Source of the DNA: Tetramitus jugosus
Taxonomy: Eukaryota > Protista > Heterolobosea
Direction: 5' to 3'
DNA: 64,000 nucleotides
NCBI GenBank assembly: GCA_937625935.1
Contig: OW569389.1
Location: 310,001-374,000 of the forward strand
Shown here: positions 34,401 to 43,644 of the stretch, in pieces
How positions within the stretch are numbered: position 1 is the first letter of the stretch
Layout of the letters: the number at the start of each line of letters is the position of its first letter
Position numbers and translations under genes: made by a program
The notes under the pieces: generated by a model
What the model was told of the DNA's origin: nothing
Databases searched by the model: none
Seen by the model: only the letters and a program-made list of their open reading frames with translations

Positions 34401-34915
34401 GCAGCAGAAGCACCACCACTCGTAGAATAAAATGGTAAACCATTGGCCATAGTGTTCTGAGTTTGCCATTGACCTGGAATTTGAGTTGGATCCAACGTAT
34501 TTTCACCACCAATCAATTGAGTAGCACCAACAACAGAAGAAGAAGAAGGACCTCTACCCATTGCACCCATCAACAAGTGAGATTGACGAAAAGTAGCAGC
34601 AAACTGTTCCAATTGCTTGAGAGCAGTTGCCGTTGGAGGAGTATTTCTGTTTCTTGATCCCATGACCTTTAGAATTTGCTTCTTGATTTGAACATCGAGA
34701 TGAGGATCATCTCTCAACAGTCTTGTCACTACCAATTGAAGTTCTTCTTTGAGCAAGTCACCCACCATGTCATCTACATCAGAAGTCAATGAAAATTTGT
34801 TGCTTTCTTCACCATTGCTATTATTGTTATCGTAAACGGCATCTTCCTCATTGTGTTGAGTTGGATTGCCAGTGCCATCATTGGCCTTTTGTTTTTTGGT
34901 TGCTGTGGACATCAC
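28475..34915 (-). CDS. Giant alpha-helical repeat protein (2146 aa) with termini resembling bacterial SWIM-family proteins
   Basis: Uninterrupted ORF with strong codon bias and about 8 internal 140-170 aa repeats. The family resemblance is by recollection only. Confidence 0.85.
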   Translation of the reverse strand: MMSTATKKQKANDGTGNPTQHNEEDAVYDNNNSNGEESNKFSLTSDVDDMVGDLLKEELQLVVTRLLRDDPHLDVQIKKQILKVMGSRNRNTPPTATALKQLEQFAATFRQSHLLMGAMGRGPSSSSVVGATQLIGGENTLDPTQIPGQWQTQNTMANGLPFYSTSGGASAAMDGVGASGLMQDFGGVNLMAIRRKVRDAFVATNGLQAIKRGRFGAALGDARATYRIDSISIRIEKDKAKDKILNKGEIRDGLNIMEAITSEYVTRGNELGVHNIDGYEEMLREIAKDWVEVFLFESLDIEQDERVEWAKKLFDWDTSANEEEGTFSTARYAAKLAWNNVHLKNVMKGESIGKFSEPKDLSIERLNQLERDGRFEEGMNLAKAVDLDFYLARFLLKLERVKQAQEVAEKLEDVSQLFSIAQISRALDVDVAFNLALKSVALSREWNNETSDRARWLCDLAISNKKTTLLVEQCTQVVVHKTVQYRIAQILKEKEQYAAALSLAKVALKPVPLPELKLHDPTVDTHTATAAPSSSASPSSPPSLFAPTIVMNAQQTPVIDEATIVPSDLTRWMWELAHEMLVVGLIKEPEMYSVLDYIIENVNVIGTLVALLSVMHVKKEYEQMVILGSALLKKLEAQYSVEIDLQKSLIKQIVDNPEDGLALFGAHHNVLNVPLFPQDITPNVLYNTMIQNDLFRQLVTSGSRNFATVNPHVQIQLIYNQQWDTYRVQIITQMIRASLDSRSEVPTYNANPLLLGLRPVQPMSDDKLASVVRECIEAVNNIDSLQAFDLRQEYALGIEVLDKLQRRITEVRQEKKKRDEVRAELQVLQQEAQTLAVDRKTLKPDQVEKMKELDYQVRVFALDAPNTHMDVSQYDYRHYATCLGAINKALDAQTFLKFNEEQVHEVFNRHLNYVVSPANLRQLMTYIANRSEYELVNKVGFKALDIIQEMIKAKKVREETYVPIKIIEAEQEELLEKRQQLPATRQQQLKKLEAEYEALPHPEHFDYDDFDQYENNKNDIGLTMVRTSLNSKIPRPTIVGFGAAQIVSKEPLSDERIQFVTLEVLNYIESPTNMIEYVRECSNRREYDLMLQIGDKALAANKEMAAQREARELPKLQYEQLRAEKQKLLDQKKFLKPEQIKQLADMEVEQKINNETIPKFAKKTLNQYDNDYLVLIKLMLTSLLTNKDNLKYKLKDLLQNELTRGEDRMQDDIDPKIEVTDNIAETDKKIASVVERLVEYIHNPNSLYNLANILSDNEEFEIVLQLGKVIQSRIPELLAAKKERDAIRQELEEIEEEERDLLDVRKQMKNKRKKLDGDKAARMLELQIQVNLLKISPEYKDSSPEILDTLHLNTAVLLIQSLIKAKNNEDKEMELQAETTEEDKQKVRQGHDVKINAIVDQCMPFVKNPKHILSMMDKIKGSDITLAFKFGRYAIEQATQCEAKKRERAVPEQLIQIINREEEDLELLRKQLPDDVQKQLDEAKEKLDALDVEYFVLSYDYNEFNNWKFQAINKMLSSVLASKSNLENRIAFDHSLTTEQIEQETELFNKNLKIVVDLLCDSQLGVKNPNNLQTVASTLLDKSEYKQSIFVGENCLAILEQFKKEEEERKLPEQHYALLVQEKAKALQQRNQISVEQQNELRQLALKHYLLALEPSFSKQSQEKYDNISFAVSRIMINAALDLKKLVDERADADSQMTDNVHEEESTEASRFLESIVDKCIAKVSAVENLIRILQDMAGKYEYELVLRIGAFIQKAILVLKEQVARIKELEEEQQKLLQQSKIQRTVETEKRLGEIQVELSNLPLKYKGYYTLDNFTLTVSKLMMHAAKVEEDNSILLEQAIITFKITMTSDAFGEVKVMSAEDQWPKTRIQLLDYVMEHMFDDRDVTDRNVSLVPDVEEEDEVADDDDDYSEPDSDSDSGYGKRKKRKAPKSKPKKRAKKSSSSSTLSVHRRATMKEKLQLLLDEGMWRSVVAIFPDPTNGGTIELLERIYIEIQKHNPDKIDSKVMQLVEQYVTREYQQFELENSKSLLDMVEKENETFIEGMFERISENLLQTLVQKQYNSFVDFMKVVRERLLKYGEAQEDEDEDEESEEEDTKKRRKTPKKKAAKAKKLTPWEKFFTNLTTKHKTKKKLMSLINMQSEFAQ

Positions 34916-35341
34916 TCAAGTGCGGACCAAAAGACACGTTAAAAAGGTGGTTGGTTGTTTTGGTGTGGTGTGTTGTTGTGTTTGTTAAAAAGTGAAAAAA
35001 GCTTTAGCGAAGAGATTTGATTGAGAGATTTTATGCCTTTCACCTCTTGCACGCTTCACAAGCAAGGGAAAACGTGCTCCCAGCACATTTTTCCACCTTT
35101 AACTGACACGCGGAACTTGTGGATCGAACTGATCGACGGGAAAATATTTTCGACTTTTCTAGAGAATAATGTAGTCACACGTCAATTCACTTGACACGAA
35201 CGGTATCTACGGTCTGACGAATTCAAAAATTGCAGAATTTGGTGTGACCAAAGATTGCAATGTTTCACACAAAATACATGATAGAAACCTTTTTTTTAAT
35301 GTTTGTTCTTGCATTCGTTCTACAATGCACAGACTGTTCTC

Positions 35342-35959
35342 TTAGTGCTTCATCCAATAGACAATTCTCAAAATCGCAAAAGCAATGATTCCACCATGGA
35401 AAAACAGCAAGAATTGTCCACCAATCATCAACCAAGCAACTCCTCTGCTGTTTGCGTCCTTGCCTCCAGCGCGGAAAAATACAGCGGAAGCTGTAATGCA
35501 GGTCAAGACATTGGTAAACAACAAACAAACCATTGCAATCAAAAATCCAACGGTCAATCCGACTCGCGCCATTTTCATCTTTTCGGAGCGCAAAACTACA
35601 GCTACGAAACCCAAAACGGCGGCAACCAAAGCAAAGAATGAACCAATAATTCCGGAAGCGGCAGAAAATCGAGTATTTCTGACAAGTCTCTTTAGCTCAA
35701 TTGGCCAACTGGATTTGCTCACAGAGGGAACACTCTTATTGAAAATGGCAACCTTGACAACAGCAACAAGGAAAGTGTTGATAGCAAACAAAAGCAACAA
35801 AACACACAAGACACCAAAAATCAAGTCAAGTATGAAATGAGTACGTTTCACAGTTTCAACAGCGTTGCTCTGAATGGTTTGAATGGAAGTGGAGTGCTCA
35901 GTGTGAGCTTCATTGAATTCTGCCTCACTTGGGGCCTCGTAAGTCTCATATGGATCCAT
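35342..35959 (-). CDS. Hypothetical 4-TM membrane protein
   Basis: Four hydrophobic segments after an acidic N-terminus. Confidence 0.75.
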   Translation of the reverse strand: MDPYETYEAPSEAEFNEAHTEHSTSIQTIQSNAVETVKRTHFILDLIFGVLCVLLLLFAINTFLVAVVKVAIFNKSVPSVSKSSWPIELKRLVRNTRFSAASGIIGSFFALVAAVLGFVAVVLRSEKMKMARVGLTVGFLIAMVCLLFTNVLTCITASAVFFRAGGKDANSRGVAWLMIGGQFLLFFHGGIIAFAILRIVYWMKH

Positions 35960-36496
35960 ATCTCTTTAGAAGAATTTGTGTTGTAGGTAGCTTCAAAAAA
36001 GAATAAATTATTGTTTGTGATGATGTTGTCTCAAGAGCAAAAGTTGGTTGGGGAAAAGCTGCTTGTTGTGTGGTTGGGATGCGACGACGGGGTAGGGAGA
36101 ATCCAATTCGACCGAACAACGGGGTAATCTGTATTCTCCGTTATACAAAATATCCGGAGGAGTCATCCTTCTCCCTTCGGTTTGATGGATATCGTTCCCA
36201 GAGCTAAGATACAGCTGCACTGGCAGCGAGAGTGGATTAGCAAACGAAATTATTTGTTTGTTTTATTTGTCCGAGAGTTATCGTAGTTCGTGCTGTTTGC
36301 ATGACTGGATACTCATTCTGATGAAGATTATTCTCATATCTGAAGAGAGTTCATACACACCACCCAACGGGAGTAGTTTGCCTAGACCACAATAAAGCAC
36401 CCAATAGCCCTTTCTGTTGTGGTGTTTGCTTTCTTAGCTTTTCTATATTCTTACAATCGATCGATCGATCCTCCTTCCAACAACACCAAAGACGAC

Positions 36497-36880
36497 TCAA
36501 TAATTGGCAGTCATTGTCGTCGTGGCATTGGACATTCGTGGCGTCGATTGATCATCCAGCCGATTCTGTGAATACTCTACCATGAACCTCTTCAGTTCAT
36601 CAATCTTACTAAGCACCAGTCTCTGATCTGATAATTTCTTGATCCCAATACGGTTCAAGCTATGTTCATTCAGAGCCAACAATTTCCTCCCATCAATGTC
36701 ATACTTTGTCACCAAACGTATCGTCAATGGACTACTCATACTGTTATTCTCTTCTTGTGAGGTCATGACTGCTGGGGCAGTCTGAGTACTCTTGATCCAG
36801 TAACACACTTGACTTACGCTCCAATCAGGCACATGAGCATAGTCCAATGATTCATCCAAAACAGATTCCACTGATCCCAT
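36497..36880 (-). CDS. Small SAM-domain protein with MGS N-terminus
   Basis: SAM pattern WSVSQVCYWI...YDIDGRKLLALNEHSLNRIGIKKLSDQRLVLSKIDEL. Confidence 0.85.
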   Translation of the reverse strand: MGSVESVLDESLDYAHVPDWSVSQVCYWIKSTQTAPAVMTSQEENNSMSSPLTIRLVTKYDIDGRKLLALNEHSLNRIGIKKLSDQRLVLSKIDELKRFMVEYSQNRLDDQSTPRMSNATTTMTANY

Positions 36881-37506
36881 GTTGTCTTTTTACTGATCAA
36901 TCTTGTCTTTAATCTTTGTGTCTGTGTTGTTGTCGAAGCTTTTTATGATGCCTTTTGACAAAAGTGAAAAATTGCTTTGGCGCCACCAAGTGTTCGACAT
37001 GGATGTGAACTTATCCCCTCAAAAGCAATGATGGATGATGTGTCATGTGGGGGCACGGATAACAAAACGTCGCACAGCCCTTGATTTTTTGTGCTACTTG
37101 GGAAAATACTTTTGTGTTCCTTGCATTTACAAAGAAACGGGTCTGACGGATAGTTTTTATTCTGGAGCTCGAAATGTGGTTCTCTCTCTAGCCTAGTTGA
37201 GAAGCACATACAAAACACACAAAAATCTCTTCTTGGTTCGTGTCTTTTCTACACTGGTTCGTGTGAAAACAGAGCACAGAGGAAGCACTCTTTGTGCACA
37301 TTTGTTGCTGAGCAGAACAGCACAAAAATGATTGGCAGCACACAAACCCAAAAGAGCTCATCATCACGCTTTGTGTGCATTTGTTGAGCTGATGATTGAC
37401 AGCTCAGCTGCACACAACAAAAATTCATTACATCTGAAGAAGAAAGCTTACACACTCACATTCACATTCATATGAACATGTGTGAAAGCTTCTGAGACAA
37501 CATGAC

Positions 37507-37830
37507 TCAAATTTTCATCTTCATGACTGGACCACCAGACTCAAACTCTGATTTCAACTCCGCCAAGGCGGCAAGAATTTGTGTACGATACGATTTTTTT
37601 TTAATCATCATGACCGTTTTGAGCGCGTTGTCATCCAACTCCAACAATTTCGCACCTGTAATCTGATGCTGAATCAACAATTGAACATTGAGTTTGGAGA
37701 GCGCAGGACATTCATCACCCTTGTAAATGACCCAATGACAAACACATTCGACAGTCCATGTATCAACAGACTTGGTATCGAGTAGTGAGTGGTCAAAAGT
37801 GGAGTCTGAAGCAGATTGTGTAGAGCCCAT
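37507..37830 (-). CDS. Small SAM-domain protein with MGSTQS N-myristoylation motif
   Basis: SAM pattern WTVECVCHWV...HQITGAKLLELDDNALK..MIKKKSYRTQILAALAEL. Confidence 0.85.
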   Translation of the reverse strand: MGSTQSASDSTFDHSLLDTKSVDTWTVECVCHWVIYKGDECPALSKLNVQLLIQHQITGAKLLELDDNALKTVMMIKKKSYRTQILAALAELKSEFESGGPVMKMKI

Positions 37831-38493
37831 ACTTTTTTGTTTTTTGTTGGCCTAAATTTTTCTCTGTTTTTTTTTGTTCCTTGTTTCTCTTGTTTTGTGC
37901 TTCTCGCAGGAACAGTCTTCAACGTGCACATTCGCCCTGATACACGTCAATTTCGAGATGGCGGGAATTTGGCGGCGTAACATCAAAAACAGAAAATGAG
38001 CCTTTGGACTGTGCCAGTGTTGTTTCTGAGTTGTCGAGATAGACTCGGGTCAACAACACTTGGGACATTCCAATCCAGTTGTGTTTTTTTCACGTTGTAC
38101 TTGATGTTCCCTCTTTCTCTGAGAATGTAGAAATTATTGGCCAAACTGAACGAGCTTGGCTGCCAGTCACTCGAAAGTTCGCGCCACGGTCGCACAGTTT
38201 AGAGGGTGATATTCCTAGCTCGAAAACTCCGACGTTGTCTGTCACCCATCCAACCTTTTTTTAGTTTGATATACCACTCCATGTTCCAAAACCGCCCAAA
38301 AGGTTACAAAAGGGATTCCCTGACTCATCAAAAGCGATGTGACGCATGAGTGAAATTTACTAAAGCAAGTTGGGAGGGGAAAACCGTCCCCTTAAGTGAT
38401 TGTGCAAAACCTTCGCACATGGCAACGATTGTTTTTTCCCATCACCAACATCACAACAACGAACACAAGACAAAATATTGAACGATAAATATC

Positions 38494-40431
38494 ATGGCAG
38501 CAAAAAAGAAGAAACATTCTGACTCGGATCACCAAAAGTTGGTCAATCCACTATTGAAGGATTATGTTTTCAGTCTACATGGAATTTTATCACGTATGTT
38601 GTTTTATTGTTCGGCAGCACTGAATCAAAAGTTTTATTGTTGTTGAAGATCTTTGCGTTCGTGTTGTTGTTATTGACATCCAAACTTCTTCTTCTTTTAT
38701 TGCCAAAAAAATTCATGGAATGACATCAACAACAACAATGGCGGCAACGAATAATTGATCACCTGAATAATCACAACCATAGACGATGACAGTAGAGAGT
38801 GTTTTCGGAAATTTTTGACCAAGGAGCTAAACATTGAGCCGCTACAATTCTTGGAATCATTGGAAATATTAGAGCGCCTCTGTACTCAACTTCCAAGCGC
38901 CAAGAGCAATACCCCGACAACACCCGTTACGAACGCGGGCTATCTCATCGACAACAATTTCACGAACACTACGGAAGAAAAATCCCATTTGAGCGAAACG
39001 CCCACGCGAGAATCCGTAGCTTTCGCTTCACCACCCTCTTTTCTAGCTCAGCCCGTGAACATCACGAGTCCAACAACCAAAGTTCTTGATCTCGTCAAAG
39101 ACATTCTCAATTCCTTTATCAAGTCTGGTTCCAAGAAGGAAATTAATATTTCAGCCAAGGACAAGCAAGATTTGTACACGAGCTTCATTCTTCCCTCTGT
39201 CACTACAAAAGCTTCTGATGGCAATGATCGAAACAATAGCAACAAAAATGTCAAGGATGTTGGCAGTGACGAGATCAATGAGAGCATTGATCTCATTAAG
39301 CTAAGCTCTGGTCGCGTCTCCATTGATGGCATAAGGTTACTCGATCAGTTCAAGAATGTGAGGCTCATTGTTGAGCGTGAAATGACCTGTGATGTCTTAC
39401 CAAGATTTCTGAGATCTGATCTGTGGATGGCGCTCATTGTTACTCATGGTGATTCGCTGATTAAGCGCATTGGCAAACATAGGAAAGCAGTTGAGATGTC
39501 ATATGAGGAAGCTGATTTTGTGAATCATTTGGTAGAAGAGAGAGATGTTGAGTTCTTGAGAGAGTTGGCTGAGGACAGTTACGATTGGAAGCTCATTGGT
39601 TTTGATCCCACACAAAAAATTATGGCCTTCCGATCCAAGCACATTCTAAACTATTTCCCTGATGTTTCTTGGTTAAGTAATGGAGGTGCTTGCTCAAAGT
39701 ACGTTGGTATATTGGACTTTCCGTTTGAAACGTGTGTCCATTACTTGATGCATGCAAAGTATGTGTCTCAATTCGATGGCAATGTTACGCATCAAGAAAC
39801 GCTCGAATACTACACGTATGAGCAACTCCTTGAAAAGTATCCAGGCAAGGACGTAGGAAAAACTCATCGGACGTGTGCAGTCATGAACTATGATCTCAAG
39901 TTTCCATTCCCTCTGGCACCTAGAGTATACACTGTGGCAACAAGTGGAATGTACGATGAAGAAAAGAAGGAGGTGATTGCAATTTCAAAGCCATGTTATC
40001 ATCCATCGCTTGACTCTGTCAACAAGAAAAAAGTTTGTCTTTTCAAGGATCTCCAGTTGTATACATTGAAGAAGCTAGATGATCAGAGAACTCTTTACTT
40101 CCAGATCCATATCACCAACATGGGAAGTGTGCTAGGTAATAAGTTGAGTCAGCTTGTCATGTTCCATCGAGGCAAACAACTAAGTTCAAACATTACCAAG
40201 TTCCTAAAGAGCAGGAAAGACAAGGAAGTGCCTCCACATGATCCCAACGACGGTCTCATGAAACCATACCTGGATCATAGGGAATACCTCGAACAATTGA
40301 AGCAGGAACAAGAGTTGTCTGAGAATACGGCGTCTTCGGCCGGTCACCCCAACGATGAGGAGCAAACAGCAAACGGGGATATGACCCTAGGAACGCCCGC
40401 TGATCCAGTCCCATTACTTCCGTCTACATAA
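38494..40431 (+). CDS. RGS plus START-like domain protein; exons 38494-38593 and 38783-40431
   Basis: The GT..AG intron 38594-38782 gives a continuous RGS domain (CFRKFLTKELNIEPLQFL, KEINIS, DVLPRFLRS). The C-terminal domain is START-like (WKL, FPFPLAPRVY). Confidence 0.85.
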
Positions 40432-40443
40432 ACAACTTTTCAT

Positions 40444-40986
40444 TTATTTTCTTTTCAGTTCTTGACCAGCAACAAGCTCGTACTGATGAATGACATTACC
40501 GACAGCCTTTGGAATGTAAATGACGAGCATGTAGAAGATCAAACTGTTCATGAACCACCAACCAAGGGCAGCAACAGAGACAAATCGCAGAGGGGACTTT
40601 GGCCAAATTTGCATCCAATGACCCAACAAAAAAGGAGCCAAAAATCCAAACAACCACTCAGAGGCCCATCCAACAACCGTAGTCACTGCAATTCTCTTCC
40701 AGAAGCCAACACATCTTGGAATGAACACCCAGTAGTACAATGACCAGAAAACAACAACACAGGTCAGCCATGACAACAAGCTCTGGAAATAAAAGTAGTA
40801 GTATGGAGAGGCTGGATAGTACCATCCATATTCACCAGTCACAAACTTTGTAAACTTGTTTTGACCTAGCTCAACGAACCAGAAGACAAAAGGCAAGTAA
40901 AAAGTTTGAATGAGAAGGGTGATGAGAAAAGTTTTAACTGGAGGGAACTTTGTCCAAAAATTGGTAGAAGCTTGAGCCATGATCAA
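40444..40986 (-). CDS. Small multi-pass membrane protein, TMEM229/CmpB-like
   Basis: Four TM segments and a W.SEWLFG...G..(IW) pattern. The family call is tentative. Confidence 0.65.
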   Translation of the reverse strand: MIMAQASTNFWTKFPPVKTFLITLLIQTFYLPFVFWFVELGQNKFTKFVTGEYGWYYPASPYYYFYFQSLLSWLTCVVVFWSLYYWVFIPRCVGFWKRIAVTTVVGWASEWLFGFLAPFLLGHWMQIWPKSPLRFVSVAALGWWFMNSLIFYMLVIYIPKAVGNVIHQYELVAGQELKRK

Positions 40987-41279
40987 GTGACACTATATTA
41001 TAACGTTCAGATTTTGTTTTGTTTTTTGTTGAATGGAATTTAAGGGTCAACCCCACAAGTGGATTGACAAGCAGCAGTCCAACTGTCAAAAACAGTTAAA
41101 ATTTTGTGTGGAAAAGGAATGGATGAAAGAGGACGAGAGAGGAACTTGCAGTTCCAGTAATTACTACGAAGAAACTGAAACACAGCAAACAGTCATGTAC
41201 AAACCACCAAATCCATGCAGTTCAACGGAGTACAGAACGGGGAAACGAGTTCCTTCCGCCAAAAAATTTCACACAAATC

Positions 41280-42641
41280 ATGACATTACAGTTGGCGCTC
41301 ACCAGATTGCGCTACAATGGCGGATCGATCATTAGAAGAACCCCCATGAAAGTAATTTCAAGTCAGAAGCTAATCACTAACTGCACCGTTGCTCCATTGC
41401 TGCATAACTTTTTTCATCAAAAAACATGTCAATTTCATCGCATATCTTTTTGGCGGGCAAATGATCGATCCACAAACTACAGTTGCTCGAGTGCAACTGA
41501 AAATGAACCATCCATACAAACGGAAAAGGATGAAGAAGCTCTGTTGATAAACCAACAACAAAAGCTTTCTCAGGAAGAACCAACTCAAGATCACCAAACT
41601 CAACAAGCACATCACAAGGAGCCCAAACAACGTTACAGAATCACTGTCCAATACGATGGCTATTCGTTCAGTGGTTGGCAACGACAAGACAAGCAAGAAA
41701 ACACAAAAACTGTTCAGCAATTACTAGAGAGAGCCCTCTCTTCATTTGCTCAGTCATTGTGCAAGAAAAAGGACGTTTACATTACTGCTCACACGAGCTC
41801 AAGGACAGATGCAGGTGTTCATGCCATTATGAGCACTGCTCACTTTGATCTAAAGCTCAGTCAAGCTAAAAATTCTAGCAAGTTTCCTAGTGAAGAAACT
41901 GTGCTCAAAGGATTGAATACTCACCTTACAAAGGCTCACTTGTCTGTGACTTCTGTTCGAAAGGTCGATTCTTCATACTTTGCTCGCTATGCCGCCAAAA
42001 AACGAATTTACGTTTACAAAATTGTTTTGGTGCCCAATGAACATATCAATGTATCATTGCCGTTGCTTCAACGGTATGCATGGTTCTTGAACGTGGCAGA
42101 GTTTGTGAAACGGAACAGTAACAAACTGAAATCTGATCAGCAACTAACGGGAGCATCATCGGAAGAGCAAACAACTACCACTCGTCCAGAGATGACACTG
42201 GACTTGGATCGTATGAAACAAGTGGCTGCCTTCATGTCTGGCAAGGAGTTGGACTGGCAAGCCTTGAGCACACCTGGTGATGTGAGTCGAAATCGAGGAA
42301 AACCGATCAATACCATTCGTCGTATTGACTCGATTGATATTGTGCATCAAAAAGCAACACCTCAATCTTCGCTACACACATTCACAAGTGATCCCTTCAG
42401 TTTCTTCAATCCGTCCTATGACTCTATCACTGTCACAATTACTGCCCAGAGTTTTCTATATCATCAAATACGGTACATGATGCATGCTATGGTGTCTGTT
42501 GCAAGTGGTGTATCGTCACTGGAGGATATCGAACAATTGTTTCGCGAAGCGAAACCTCCATCAGATAAGCTCGGTCTCGCTCCTCCACATGGACTATTCT
42601 TGGCAGCTGTACTGGATCAGTATTCACACTCGATTCATTGA
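41280..42641 (+). CDS. tRNA pseudouridine synthase, TruA family (probably mitochondrial)
   Basis: YDGYSFSGWQRQ, SSRTDAGVHA, SFLYHQIRYM and APPHGLFL, with a transit-peptide-like N-terminus. Confidence 0.93.
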   Translation: MTLQLALTRLRYNGGSIIRRTPMKVISSQKLITNCTVAPLLHNFFHQKTCQFHRISFWRANDRSTNYSCSSATENEPSIQTEKDEEALLINQQQKLSQEEPTQDHQTQQAHHKEPKQRYRITVQYDGYSFSGWQRQDKQENTKTVQQLLERALSSFAQSLCKKKDVYITAHTSSRTDAGVHAIMSTAHFDLKLSQAKNSSKFPSEETVLKGLNTHLTKAHLSVTSVRKVDSSYFARYAAKKRIYVYKIVLVPNEHINVSLPLLQRYAWFLNVAEFVKRNSNKLKSDQQLTGASSEEQTTTTRPEMTLDLDRMKQVAAFMSGKELDWQALSTPGDVSRNRGKPINTIRRIDSIDIVHQKATPQSSLHTFTSDPFSFFNPSYDSITVTITAQSFLYHQIRYMMHAMVSVASGVSSLEDIEQLFREAKPPSDKLGLAPPHGLFLAAVLDQYSHSIH

Positions 42642-43424
42642 TAGTTTATTGAATTCAAGGAGCTCGAGATATAAACGAGCCAGTTGAAAGATATTATCAT
42701 TTGATGACTCAAATTGTTCTCTCCGCTCATTACACTCCTTCTCTTTCTCTCTTGCTTCTCTATACTTGATGTTTAGCTGTGCCAATTGTTCAGAAATGAC
42801 CTCACTTAGGATACTTTTAGTCTTAGATGCATGCTCACCACCCTCTGAGGAAGACAGAATACCAGCAAACAAGGATTCCCTCCTTGACACACTCGATGGA
42901 ATTGTTTCAGTTCCTCCCTTCACGGACGGTTCTTCTAAACTCTCGAAGTTTTGAGGCAATTGAGTCAAGAGTCGATACTGAGCTTGGATGGCCTCTATAC
43001 TTCTCTCACAAGCATCACATTCCTTGTCGATTGATTCCAACGATTGTAACACATGACTCGTAATCTCTGGAAAGAAGTCACTTTTTTCAATCATTGAAAC
43101 ACTTTTCGTGACCAATTCAAAGACTTCTGAGCGCCTCGATCCTAGTTGAGTCAGATCTAATTGTTCAAGTTCCTTCACTATATTGCCTACTCGGATCAAT
43201 AATTGTTTATACTCATATTGATCTACTAACCGTTGCTTCTCTTGTTGCAACCATTCCTTGTCTCTGTATTGGCCCATCAATTGCTCTCTGTACTTTTGTA
43301 AACCCTCTTTTACAATGTATGTTTCTCCGAGTATGCGAGGACAAATTTTTGTCTCTCCTTTTTTATCTCCTTCATTATGTTCTACTTGGAGAGGAGTTTG
43401 ATCGTCTTTAATCTTGGTTGACAT
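42624..43424 (-). CDS. Hypothetical coiled-coil protein (266 aa)
   Basis: Long ATG ORF rich in E/K/Q heptads. Confidence 0.7.
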   Translation of the reverse strand: MSTKIKDDQTPLQVEHNEGDKKGETKICPRILGETYIVKEGLQKYREQLMGQYRDKEWLQQEKQRLVDQYEYKQLLIRVGNIVKELEQLDLTQLGSRRSEVFELVTKSVSMIEKSDFFPEITSHVLQSLESIDKECDACERSIEAIQAQYRLLTQLPQNFESLEEPSVKGGTETIPSSVSRRESLFAGILSSSEGGEHASKTKSILSEVISEQLAQLNIKYREAREKEKECNERREQFESSNDNIFQLARLYLELLEFNKLSMNRV

Positions 43425-43644
43425 CTTCTATTGATTGTGTTTTTCTTTTCAAAGTTTAGTTTATTTCTCCTCTAAAAAGTTATTGAGTCCAAACCAAATA
43501 CAACCCAAACGACTGGCCGTGGTTTCAAGGAAGTCCTCACATTGTCCAGATTTTGAATCAAATGCCAACTGGGAGCAGATATACCAAGAATTTAGTTCAC
43601 ATTATTGTCATCATTAGATCACAAACTACATGAATTTCTTCACA

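Noticed and set aside
37291-37509. SECIS element after the TGA stop of the SAM gene
   Set aside because: No AUGA/GA quartet with an apical AA loop was found on the coding strand, and readthrough adds only a short non-conserved tail.
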